DNA of 39,875 nt, taken from positions 1-39,875 of the forward strand of contig JBKBVO010000001.1 in NCBI GenBank assembly GCA_046289535.1, in the 5' to 3' direction. A model generated the notes under the pieces. It made no database searches. It worked only from the letters and a program-made list of their open reading frames with translations, and was not told where the DNA came from. The position numbers were made by a program, and so were the translations under genes. Below, in pieces: positions 9,453 to 18,069 of the stretch. The stretch's first letter is position 1; each line of letters begins with the position of its first letter. The stretch comes from Deinococcales bacterium. GTDB taxonomy: Bacteria; Deinococcota; Deinococci; Deinococcales; JAAFIG01.

Positions 9453-12150
9453 TCTCGAGCCGCATCGGATGGTAGAGCTGGTCGTCCGAATTCGGGTCTT
9501 GGTCCCAGAAGGGATTGGCTTTAAGCCCACCGAGCAGGCGCAGCCAAATCAGGTTGTTGGCGCGGTCGAAGTAGTAGGTTTTGCCGCTGTTATCGGCTTG
9601 CACGGCAGCGATGTTCGCTCCTGCCACATCTATGGCTCGAGTCTGCGCACCGGTCGCTAGGCTGATACTCGGGTTGAGCCGACCATCGAAGGCAACAGCA
9701 AAAAGTACGCTGTCGGATGCGCTCAAAACGTTGCGCACGGTCACCCCAAAGGACTTGGGAAGCTCATAGCCCGCACCCGCACGCTTGGGGAAACGCAACA
9801 CAAAACGCCCATCTTTGAGTGCAGCAAAATGGCGCATGTTGCCGAGCTTGGGCGCGGTGTTGCCATCACCCACACTCCAAGTGCCAATCGCCTGACCGTT
9901 CGCATCCACTCGAGTGACCTCGATTGGGTGCTTAAAAGCGTAGCGGTTGTTGTCAAAGTCGGTCGTGTAATCGCCAAAGGCATAGTACGTACCCGCACAA
10001 CTCACGCCGTTTTTGCCTGCGGGCGCAACCTGCACACAATTCGTACCGGCAGTAAAAAACGGTTGGTCATACACCCAGTAATTGCCTGCCGGTCCCCAAT
10101 AGCCATGCGCATCCCAGAGCGCGCCCGCCAGTGTCCAATGCTCCTCGGTAAAGGGCTGCACGCGCCGCCCAGGGTGCGACTGGATGAGGACGTTATCCGG
10201 ATTGCGTTTCAGACCCTTGTCTACGGCGGTGATGTAGTAGTCGCCGGTCTTGAACACGCCACTCGGGCTGTTTTTGTCGTCTTCTACAAAGCCAAACCCA
10301 ACCACAATGTTTTGCGTCATATCGAAGGTGCTGTGGTAGCTCGCAAGCGCTGCCAAAGGCTGCTTGGAATGGCGCGGCACACCTTTATTGAGGCTCTCTG
10401 CGACAATCAGGCTGCGCGCAATCAAACCGTCGTCGCCGGCACCATCAAACCAACCGCCCTGGTGGTCTGCCGAAACCCACTCGAGAAAATCAGGCTTGGT
10501 GTTGCGGTTCCAGATTCCACCACCACCGCCCCAATACGAACCTGTTTTGTAGGTCGTGACACGCGCAATCCTAAAGCGTATGCCATTTTGGAAATTAAAT
10601 GGCACCCCACCTTCGGTCGGTGCGTATTTGTTCAGCTCGAGATCGCCCGTTTCGGAGTCAATCGGTACGGTATCCAAATGTATGCCATTACTGCCAATAC
10701 TGTGCGCCACGTTGGACTCAAAAATACCAAACGGCAGGTTGTCGGGGCGCGCCCCGATGCCGTTCAGAGAAACGTTCTTGTTGCTGCCCATGACTTGCTT
10801 GGGAAAGGCGAGCCAATAGCCATGCCCCTCGATATCGGCGACCGCGTTGCCGCGCGTGGTGTTATCTGGGTTGACAATCCAAAAACCACTCGGATTCTCG
10901 CGTTCGTGAATCAAAAGCGCACAGTCGCCTTTCGGGCAGCTGGCAAGCCTGAGCGGCTGGCGCACCTTGAGCACCAAATTGCCCTCGAGCAAGTTGCGTC
11001 GCTCAACCGCGTCCTCGAGGAAAATGGCATGCCCACGAATATCGTAGCAGATGTTGTTTTGCACCTTTACGCCGTTAGAGCCGTGAATCACCACACAGCG
11101 CTGCGCCGAATCCCAGATACTCGAGTTCTTGAGCACAGCATCGGCATCGGCGAGTTCCTTGCCCGTGGGGGCGTAAGAAATATTGTGAAAATGCACTGGG
11201 TAGCGCCCAAACCTGCCCGCCTGCCCAACGCGCCGCAGTTCGACTCCGTCGAGCAGCGCCTTGCTGCCTGCGCCCATGACCATGATGTGCGCCCCAAATT
11301 TTTGTTGCTGCCAGAGTGCGTCATCGGCGGCTTGAATGACCACATTGCGGGTCAGGTTGCCGACTTCAGCTCGAGCATCGAGCACTGTGGGCACGTCGCT
11401 GCCACCAGTGTTGCGCTTGCTCGTATCGGGCATGGTGATTTCACCCGGTGTGAGGCTCATGCCGTTGTTGGTCGCGTATTGCAATTTGCCCCAACGCGCC
11501 CCCTGAACGGCGTTCTTGAGCGCCACACTCGAGCCGTTGCGGCTTTGCAGCTCGAGCAATTCCGTGATTGGGGCTTTGACAAAGCTGCCGTCGTTGTAAA
11601 AGTCCGTAGGCGCAAACACCAAGCGGTCACCTGCATTCCAAGTCGTATTTTCGAGCAGCGTGAGCGAATTTGCCCCCGCAGCGACATGGTCAGCAATTTT
11701 AGTCCAGGTCTTGGTGGGCGGCTTGGCATAGATTTCCAGGCTGCCCATTACCAAAATACCGCGAGACCCCATCTGCATGATGTCCTGTGCGCTGTCGCCG
11801 CTCAGCGTGATACTGAGTTTGCTCGAGAACGGATTGATTGCGCTCCCAACGCGCATTGCGCCCTGCACAGCAATATAATCGGCTTGCAGATTGAGGTCTT
11901 TGTCCAAAAACTCGAGCGCGCCAAGCACGGTGATATTTTTTACCCTGGCATTGGTATCGAGCACAATGCGCTTGCCAAGCGGGATGACCACTTGGGTATT
12001 GGCGTCTGGCACAGCCCCGCCCCATGTTTTTGGATCAGACCACAACTGTGCGGGAGCGCCACTTGGCGGATTCACTGTCTGGCTTATGCCCTGCTGGCAG
12101 GCTGCAAAGCCCAGCGCAGCAACGGCTAGGCTCGAGTAGAGAATCTTCAT
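9445..12150 (-). CDS. Secreted lipoprotein with an N-terminal G8 domain and right-handed beta-helix region (CEMIP/TMEM2-like putative polysaccharide-degrading enzyme)
   Basis: The ATG at 12150 gives MKILYSSLAVAALGFAAC (lipobox-like). A G8-like segment WSDPKTWGGAVPDANTQVVIP...LDT...L.VLGALEF follows, then GRYPVHFH (the RYP[IV]HFH motif I associate with CEMIP/TMEM2) and repeated NG/GN beta-helix turns. Confidence 0.65.
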   Translation of the reverse strand: MKILYSSLAVAALGFAACQQGISQTVNPPSGAPAQLWSDPKTWGGAVPDANTQVVIPLGKRIVLDTNARVKNITVLGALEFLDKDLNLQADYIAVQGAMRVGSAINPFSSKLSITLSGDSAQDIMQMGSRGILVMGSLEIYAKPPTKTWTKIADHVAAGANSLTLLENTTWNAGDRLVFAPTDFYNDGSFVKAPITELLELQSRNGSSVALKNAVQGARWGKLQYATNNGMSLTPGEITMPDTSKRNTGGSDVPTVLDARAEVGNLTRNVVIQAADDALWQQQKFGAHIMVMGAGSKALLDGVELRRVGQAGRFGRYPVHFHNISYAPTGKELADADAVLKNSSIWDSAQRCVVIHGSNGVKVQNNICYDIRGHAIFLEDAVERRNLLEGNLVLKVRQPLRLASCPKGDCALLIHERENPSGFWIVNPDNTTRGNAVADIEGHGYWLAFPKQVMGSNKNVSLNGIGARPDNLPFGIFESNVAHSIGSNGIHLDTVPIDSETGDLELNKYAPTEGGVPFNFQNGIRFRIARVTTYKTGSYWGGGGGIWNRNTKPDFLEWVSADHQGGWFDGAGDDGLIARSLIVAESLNKGVPRHSKQPLAALASYHSTFDMTQNIVVGFGFVEDDKNSPSGVFKTGDYYITAVDKGLKRNPDNVLIQSHPGRRVQPFTEEHWTLAGALWDAHGYWGPAGNYWVYDQPFFTAGTNCVQVAPAGKNGVSCAGTYYAFGDYTTDFDNNRYAFKHPIEVTRVDANGQAIGTWSVGDGNTAPKLGNMRHFAALKDGRFVLRFPKRAGAGYELPKSFGVTVRNVLSASDSVLFAVAFDGRLNPSISLATGAQTRAIDVAGANIAAVQADNSGKTYYFDRANNLIWLRLLGGLKANPFWDQDPNSDDQLYHPMRLEIK

Positions 12151-12194
12151 AAATTCAAAAATAGCACAAAAAAAAAATTTATAGCGTGAAATTA

Positions 12195-14093
12195 TTAGCA
12201 CTCGAGCAAGCCCGAAACTTCCTCCCAGCGCGAGATTTTCTCGAGCAAGAGCGCCTCGATTTGGGCATTGCGCTTACCCAGAAGCGCGAAACTCGAGTCG
12301 GCTTTGGGAGCGGCAAGCTCTTGCAAAAGCGCTTTCTGCTCGCTCTCGAGCCTGGCGATTTCCTGCTCTAGGTTTTTTAGCTCCTCGCGCAATTTCCACG
12401 GATTGAACGACTTTTTAGGCGCAGCCGCTCGAGTCGGCTCACGCTTTTGGGGCACGGGGGCGTTTTGCTGCATCAGCGCTCTGTGTTTTTCCATGGCATA
12501 GGCATAGCCGCCCATGTAGGTCTGCACGCCGCCATCCTCGACAATCCAAATCTGGTTGGCAACGTTTTCGATAAAGCGCCGGTCGTGCGAAACCATCAGC
12601 AACGTACCCTCAAAACTCAACAGCGCCGCTTCGAGCTTCTCGAGCATCTCCATATCGAGGTGATTGGTGGGTTCATCGAGCACCAAAAAGTTGCATTCTA
12701 AAAGTGACAGTTTAAGCAGCGCCAAGCGCGCCCGTTCACCACCAGAGAGGCTCGAGATTTTTTTATCCTTGCTCGAGAAGGGAAATAAATACGCACCCAA
12801 AATGTCAAAGACCTCTTGATCCTTTTCAAAAAAGGGCTTGATTTCCAAAAACAAGGTGCTGTTCGGGTCTATGCCACGCAGCTGCTGGTCGTAGTAGCCA
12901 AGTTTTACCCTCGAGCCAAGGCGCACGCTGCCGCGCGCATCGTCGGAAGGTTCAAAGCCAAGCATGGTCTTGAGCAGTGTGGACTTACCCGCGCCATTGC
13001 GCCCAATAATCGCGATGCGCTCGCCCTTGCGAATCGTGGCTTCAAAGCCTTTAAACAATGACCTCGACCCGAATTGGCGTGAAAGATATCCGCCCTGCCA
13101 GACCACTTCGCCCGTTTCCGAGGTCTTAAAACTCACTGTGGCAGCACCCTGCTCGGCAGCGAGTCCATCTAAAACATTCTCGGCGTAGCGCTCGGCGCGT
13201 TTTGCCATAGCACGGGCGCGAATAGCGAGTTTTTCGTTACTGTGACCCCATTGGCGGGTTTTTTCCGCGCTTTGCTCCAAACGTTCGAGTTCGCGCAATT
13301 GATTGATGCGCGTACGCTCATGGATTTCGCGCTCGGCAAGCCATGCTTTTTTGAAAGCGGTGTAATTGCCGGGGTAACGCCGCACCTCTTTGTTAAAAAC
13401 CAGTGCCGTATCGGTTGCCACTGCATCCAAAAAAGCGCGGTCGTGCGAAATTATCAGGACCGCTCCGGGATAACCACGCAAAAAGCCCTCGAGCCATTCG
13501 AGCATCACAATATCGAGGTGATTGGTCGGCTCGTCCAAAAGCAGCAGTTCGGGTTGCGCGACCAAAATCTGCGCCAGTGCCAAGCGCGTGCGCTCACCGC
13601 CGCTCAAGCCATCCACACGCTCGCTTTCGCGCCCCAAAAAGCCAAGGTGCGACAACACCGTATCGCGCCGTGCGGCGCGCCCATAACCGCCGCGCAGGCG
13701 GTAGTGCTCCTCGAGTTCGTGGTATTGCCCTAGGCTCTGCGGATTCTCAAGCTCTGGTTCGAGTTGACGCATTTGGCGCTCGAGGGCATCAAATTCGACA
13801 AAAGCACTCTCGATTGCTTCGAGAATACTCTGTCCACTCGGAAACACCGGGTCTTGCGCCAAGACCCGCACCGACAGGTCTGGGGCGCGCAAAACCTTGC
13901 CATTGGTCGGTTTTTCTGCCCCGGAAAGTAAACGCAAAATTGTGGTCTTGCCCGCCCCATTGCGTCCCACCAGCGCCAAGCGCTCGCCTTCTTGAATTGT
14001 TAGGTTTACACCAACCAAAACATCTTGCGAGCCGTAAAATTTTTCGACATTCTCGAGTCCGACCAACATGGGCGCAGTGTACCGCGTTTGCAC
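12195..14093 (-). CDS. ABC-F family ATPase (two ABC domains plus C-terminal coiled coil, Uup/EttA-like)
   Basis: Two Walker A motifs (GRNGAGKTT, GRNGAGKST), two LSGGE signatures, no transmembrane domain and a charged coiled-coil tail. Alternative ATG start at 14069. Confidence 0.9.
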   Translation of the reverse strand: MQTRYTAPMLVGLENVEKFYGSQDVLVGVNLTIQEGERLALVGRNGAGKTTILRLLSGAEKPTNGKVLRAPDLSVRVLAQDPVFPSGQSILEAIESAFVEFDALERQMRQLEPELENPQSLGQYHELEEHYRLRGGYGRAARRDTVLSHLGFLGRESERVDGLSGGERTRLALAQILVAQPELLLLDEPTNHLDIVMLEWLEGFLRGYPGAVLIISHDRAFLDAVATDTALVFNKEVRRYPGNYTAFKKAWLAEREIHERTRINQLRELERLEQSAEKTRQWGHSNEKLAIRARAMAKRAERYAENVLDGLAAEQGAATVSFKTSETGEVVWQGGYLSRQFGSRSLFKGFEATIRKGERIAIIGRNGAGKSTLLKTMLGFEPSDDARGSVRLGSRVKLGYYDQQLRGIDPNSTLFLEIKPFFEKDQEVFDILGAYLFPFSSKDKKISSLSGGERARLALLKLSLLECNFLVLDEPTNHLDMEMLEKLEAALLSFEGTLLMVSHDRRFIENVANQIWIVEDGGVQTYMGGYAYAMEKHRALMQQNAPVPQKREPTRAAAPKKSFNPWKLREELKNLEQEIARLESEQKALLQELAAPKADSSFALLGKRNAQIEALLLEKISRWEEVSGLLEC

Positions 14094-14110
14094 ACCAAAG
14101 CACAGAACCG

Positions 14111-15634
14111 CTACACAAGTGCGGCAAGAGGCTTGATAACCTCTCCGGGAGGCTGCGCGAAAGTCACGCGGTTCTCGGCAAATTCATCGCGCCAACCGAT
14201 GTCCTCGAGCGCCTTCACCCACGCCCCGTACGATTCTTGCTGGCGCACCGCAAAGGCAGCTTGGGCGATGCGCTGGTCGCCGCGCGCAATCACGTTTTCG
14301 ACCCACGCCCACTTTGCCGACACATTGCGCAACTCGAGGTCGCGGCGCAGTTCCTTCTGAATGCGCTTAAAGCGTTTTTCTATGGTCTCCACACCCGCAA
14401 AGGGGTCGGCATGGTGCGGAGTATGGCGCTTTGGCACAAAAGGCGAAATCCCCATCGCCACTTTGGTAATAGCGGCAAGTTCGCGGCTGAACTCGATTAA
14501 TTCACTAATGTCATCGTCGGTCTCGGGAGGCAGACCAATCATCATGTAAACCTTCAGACTCGAGAAGCCGAGTTTTTTAGAGATATGCGCTGTGCGCAGC
14601 AAATCCTCGCTCGAGATACCCTTTTTCATCCAGTCGCGCAAACGCTGGCTCGGGGCATCGGATGCAACTGTAAAAGAGCGCAAACCACCGTCGCGCAATA
14701 TCTGTGCCAGTTCCTCGTCCACAGTGTCGGCACGGATGCTCGAGACCCCGAGCTTGACCCCGCGCTCGGTCAAGACTCGCCCGACATATTTGGTGTGCTT
14801 AAAATCCGAAAGCGCTGCACCAACCAAGCCAACTTTTTTGACCCAATCAGGAATACAAGCAAGCAAATCATCGGCTTCGTTATTGCGGTTTGGTCCGTAC
14901 ATCGTGCGCGCCAAACAGAATGTGCAGGGACGCGGACAACCACGCTGCGCTTCGACCAAAAACATATTTGAAAGCTCCGAATGCGGTGTGACAATCTGGC
15001 TAAAAGCAGGCAACTTCTCTTTGGGTGCAGTCGCCCAGAGCGGTTCGTGCGCCATGCGGTCGGGCAGATAAATCCCAGGTCTACCCTCGAGATCGGATAA
15101 AAACTCCGCACGGCTGCTCGAGTTGCGCCACGCCTCGGCGACGATTGGCACAATCAGTTCGCCGTCGCCAATACAGATAATATCGGCAAAAGGCGCAACG
15201 GGATAAGGATTACTCGAGGTGAGCGGCCCACCAACAATCACAATTGGGTCGGATTCGTCGCGGGACTCACGCCAAGGATTAATTCCTGCACACTCGAGAA
15301 AACGAATAATATTGGTTAAATCAAGCTCAAAACTCACCGAAAGCGCTAGAATTTCGGCATGACCCACCGGGTCGCCACTCTCGAGCAGGGGCAGGGTTTC
15401 GCCAAGTTTAGAAAACATTTCAAGGTCATCTGGCAAAAAAGCGCGTTCGCAGCTAAAGCCTTCTTCCTCGTTGAACATGCGGTAAATCACTTGATAACCA
15501 AGGCTTGCCATTCCCACGCTATAGCGGTTCGGAAAACCCAAAGCCACTCGAGTCGAGGCGTGGCGGCGAATCGTACCGATTTCGTCCTCGAGCAGAGGTT
15601 TTAAATTTTTGCGCCAATAACTCACAAATTGCAA
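14111..15634 (-). CDS. Radical SAM protein with N-terminal B12-binding-like domain (TIGR03960-like)
   Basis: CxxxCxxC cluster motif in EAQRGCPRPCTFCLA. The N-terminal FPNRYSVGMASLGYQVIY pattern is typical of this radical SAM family. Confidence 0.8.
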   Translation of the reverse strand: MQFVSYWRKNLKPLLEDEIGTIRRHASTRVALGFPNRYSVGMASLGYQVIYRMFNEEEGFSCERAFLPDDLEMFSKLGETLPLLESGDPVGHAEILALSVSFELDLTNIIRFLECAGINPWRESRDESDPIVIVGGPLTSSNPYPVAPFADIICIGDGELIVPIVAEAWRNSSSRAEFLSDLEGRPGIYLPDRMAHEPLWATAPKEKLPAFSQIVTPHSELSNMFLVEAQRGCPRPCTFCLARTMYGPNRNNEADDLLACIPDWVKKVGLVGAALSDFKHTKYVGRVLTERGVKLGVSSIRADTVDEELAQILRDGGLRSFTVASDAPSQRLRDWMKKGISSEDLLRTAHISKKLGFSSLKVYMMIGLPPETDDDISELIEFSRELAAITKVAMGISPFVPKRHTPHHADPFAGVETIEKRFKRIQKELRRDLELRNVSAKWAWVENVIARGDQRIAQAAFAVRQQESYGAWVKALEDIGWRDEFAENRVTFAQPPGEVIKPLAALV

Positions 15635-15810
15635 TGGTACGCAGAGGCTATGGGGCTGTCAAGGGAATGGGGCACATTAGAATTGTGCAGGTAGGTGCAC
15701 TTAGAGACTAAAATTAAGGCAATCGGGTCGTAAACGAGCACCCATAAAGTCACGCTATAGCCAACTACAACGCTTTGAACCACCACCCTAAGACATGATA
15801 GCCTAAAGGC

Positions 15811-16686
15811 GTGCTGAATTTTATGCGCCGTGCCTGGACGGCTCCAGTCACGCAGTCGGACCTCGAGCAAACCTTGCGCCAATTGGGTGTGGAAAGGCAT
15901 CGCCCAATCATTGTGCACTCGAGCCTATCCAGCCTTGGCAACATGATTGGCGGCACAGCAGCGGTATTAGGGGCGTTAGAGCGTGTCTCGAGCACGATTC
16001 TTATGCCAGCGTTTACCTATTACACTTTGGTCTGGCCCCAAAACCAGCGCAGCGAAGACTGGCCCACTCAACCAGGCGAAGATGGTCCACCTTTTCGCAG
16101 CAGCAGCCCTGTCTCGAGAGACATCGGACGTATTCCTCAGGCAATGATCGAACGTTATGGTTCTCTGCGCAGTAACCATCCCGCGCTGTCTTTTGTGGCA
16201 AGTGGCAACGATGCCCAAAAAATCCTTGGCGCACAAACCCTCGGCCATCCCTATGCACCCATTGGTGTTTTGGCGCATTTAGATGGCTTGGTGCTGCTTT
16301 TGGGGGTAGATCAGCGCAGTAACACCAGTATCCACTACGGTGAATACCTTGCGGGTCGCCCGCTGCTCGAGCGCTGGGCAAACAGCCAAGACGGCATTGT
16401 ACGCACCTTCTATCCAAATTGCAGCGCCGCCTTTCATGGCATCGAAGCCAGCCTCACCACACTGCGTGTTGCCGACCTTGGCAAAGCCACATTACAGGTG
16501 ATGAGTGTGCGCGATGTGATTGCCGCAACAAGGCGACTGATTGCCAATAACCCCGAAGCGCTCTTGTGCAACTACCCGAATTGTCGCTGTCAAAATGTAC
16601 GCCGCAAAATTCGCCGCGACGGCGTGCATCCACGCCAAGATATCAGGCTCGAGGAATGGCTAGACAAACACGAAACTGTGCTATGA
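15811..16686 (+). CDS. AAC(3)-family aminoglycoside N-acetyltransferase-like protein
   Basis: LRQLGVERHRPIIVHSSLSSLG..IGG...VLGAL at the N-terminus and an overall length of about 280 aa fit the Antibiotic_NAT family. The start is either GTG at 15811 or ATG at 15823. Confidence 0.65.
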   Translation: MLNFMRRAWTAPVTQSDLEQTLRQLGVERHRPIIVHSSLSSLGNMIGGTAAVLGALERVSSTILMPAFTYYTLVWPQNQRSEDWPTQPGEDGPPFRSSSPVSRDIGRIPQAMIERYGSLRSNHPALSFVASGNDAQKILGAQTLGHPYAPIGVLAHLDGLVLLLGVDQRSNTSIHYGEYLAGRPLLERWANSQDGIVRTFYPNCSAAFHGIEASLTTLRVADLGKATLQVMSVRDVIAATRRLIANNPEALLCNYPNCRCQNVRRKIRRDGVHPRQDIRLEEWLDKHETVL

Positions 16687-16702
16687 GCAAATTATGCCAT
16701 GC

Positions 16703-17332
16703 CTAATGCGGCAAGATTGGTTTCTCGAGCAGTAAATCTTCGATTTCTGCTGCTCCGATTGCGTCGCCACCACGCTGGAACGCCGCCAAACTTTGCAGGA
16801 ACATGGCTTTTTTCATCGTTGGGTTGGTGGCAATTTCGCCCAAGCCTCGGTAGGCACAGGCTTCGGCGATAGGGTCACCACACAATCGCGCTTGCTCAAG
16901 TGCCACAGACAAGAACTCTCTGGCTTCGGGATAGCGCCCAAGTTTACCGCAAATAATGCCTTGCTCGTAGGCATTGGCACTGACCGCCAAGGGTGGGTTT
17001 TTTAGGGTTGCAATCATCTGGCGCTCTTGTTGGAAAATACCAAGCGCAGTTTGCAGTTCTCCTGCCATGCGCTCGACCATGCCAAGCTGGTGCAATGCAA
17101 CGTATTCGTTGCTGGGGTTATTTTGGCTTTGCGCCTCGAGTCGCAACAAGTGGCATTCACTTCTGGCTGCTTCAAAGCGCCCCGTACGTGCGAAAACGTA
17201 AACCAAACCACAGCGCGCTTGCAAAGCGAGGTGAGGCTCGAGCCGCGCATGGCGAAAATCGCGCTCTGCTTTGGCAAAATCCTCGGCTTCAAAGGCTGCC
17301 CAAGCACGCTCAAGAAGGTTCATGATTGCCAA
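16703..17332 (-). CDS. Tetratricopeptide-repeat protein
   Basis: 209 aa of TPR-like helical repeats (A..AY..G, G.Y.EA). Its start codon abuts the stop of the upstream M50-like gene. Confidence 0.55.
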   Translation of the reverse strand: MAIMNLLERAWAAFEAEDFAKAERDFRHARLEPHLALQARCGLVYVFARTGRFEAARSECHLLRLEAQSQNNPSNEYVALHQLGMVERMAGELQTALGIFQQERQMIATLKNPPLAVSANAYEQGIICGKLGRYPEAREFLSVALEQARLCGDPIAEACAYRGLGEIATNPTMKKAMFLQSLAAFQRGGDAIGAAEIEDLLLEKPILPH

Positions 17333-18001
17333 CTACAAAGGACGAGGTAATCCCAAAGCTTGAAGAATCCCAAGCATTACCCCAAGGATTGGAAGGCGCA
17401 CAAAAGCCAAAATACCGGTCAGAGACAACACTAAAAAAATCAGCATAAACCCAAACGGTGTGCGGCTCATCCACTGCTCCAAACTGGCAAGAGTGCGTTT
17501 AATAGTACTGTTTCCGACAGCAAAGAGCGCCTTTGCACCATCGAGTGGCGGGATTGGAAAAATAAAAATTGCAGCCAAGGAAATGCTATTAAACGCCCCC
17601 AAGACCAGTCCAAAAATCACCGAGCGCAGGCTGTCATCGCTACCCGCAAAGGCAGTGAGCAAAGAAGCTAACACAAGCATCAAAAACGCCCACACGAGCA
17701 TCGAAAGTGGCCCCATAAGCCACACACTCGCCTCTCTGGCATATTGGCGATTGTACAAACGCACCGGCACCGAATTCGGCAGCGCAAAGCCAAAAATCGC
17801 CAGCCAAATCCATGAAAAACTATCCAGGTGCAGAGTCGGGTTGTTAGTGCTGGCAAAACCGCGCTGCTTGGCGCTGGGGTCGCCAAAAGCATTGGCTAAA
17901 AGTGCCTGAAAAACATTGTGCAGCACCAGACCAAACGCCAAAATAAAAAGTGCAATCAAGTAGGCAAGCGGGTCTTGCCCAAGGTATTGAACAAAGAACA
18001 T
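17333..18001 (-). CDS. Site-2 protease (M50) family membrane protein with degenerate catalytic motif
   Basis: 222-aa polytopic protein. The layout matches small M50 proteins (..GD..A...G....NP..H.D, GP.S, FIFPIPPLDG), but the HExxH position reads HNVFQ. Confidence 0.6.
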   Translation of the reverse strand: MFFVQYLGQDPLAYLIALFILAFGLVLHNVFQALLANAFGDPSAKQRGFASTNNPTLHLDSFSWIWLAIFGFALPNSVPVRLYNRQYAREASVWLMGPLSMLVWAFLMLVLASLLTAFAGSDDSLRSVIFGLVLGAFNSISLAAIFIFPIPPLDGAKALFAVGNSTIKRTLASLEQWMSRTPFGFMLIFLVLSLTGILAFVRLPILGVMLGILQALGLPRPL

Positions 18002-18069
18002 AGCTAAACCCTAACACGTTTTTAGGGCAAACTCGAGCCTGAAAAAAGCAAAGTGCTAGACTGTAGCGC

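Noticed and set aside
9829-12129. A 766-aa uninterrupted ORF on the plus strand
   Set aside because: It lies entirely antisense to the well-supported G8/beta-helix gene. Its translation is Arg/Ala/Val-rich and low in complexity, with no recognisable motifs. Long shadow ORFs like this are expected opposite GC-rich third-position-biased genes.
13403-14500. A 365-aa plus-strand ORF spanning the ABC-F and radical SAM genes
   Set aside because: It is antisense to two strongly supported genes and crosses their intergenic gap. The composition is Arg/Pro/Ala-rich and typical of a shadow frame. The same reasoning applies to 21258-21887, 30065-30676, 35553-36080, 38471-39121 and 39161-39706.
17238-18031. 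CTCGAG-free stretches, considered as possible foreign islands (17238-18031, 24215-24891, 28036-28779, 30974-31950, 37097-37837, 38400-39143, 2430-2936)
   Set aside because: With a mean spacing of about 194 bp and about 206 gaps, an exponential model predicts several gaps above 750 bp and about one above 950 bp. That is what I observe. The deserts also include core genes (sdhB, sdhC, malE). They are not evidence of horizontal transfer on their own.
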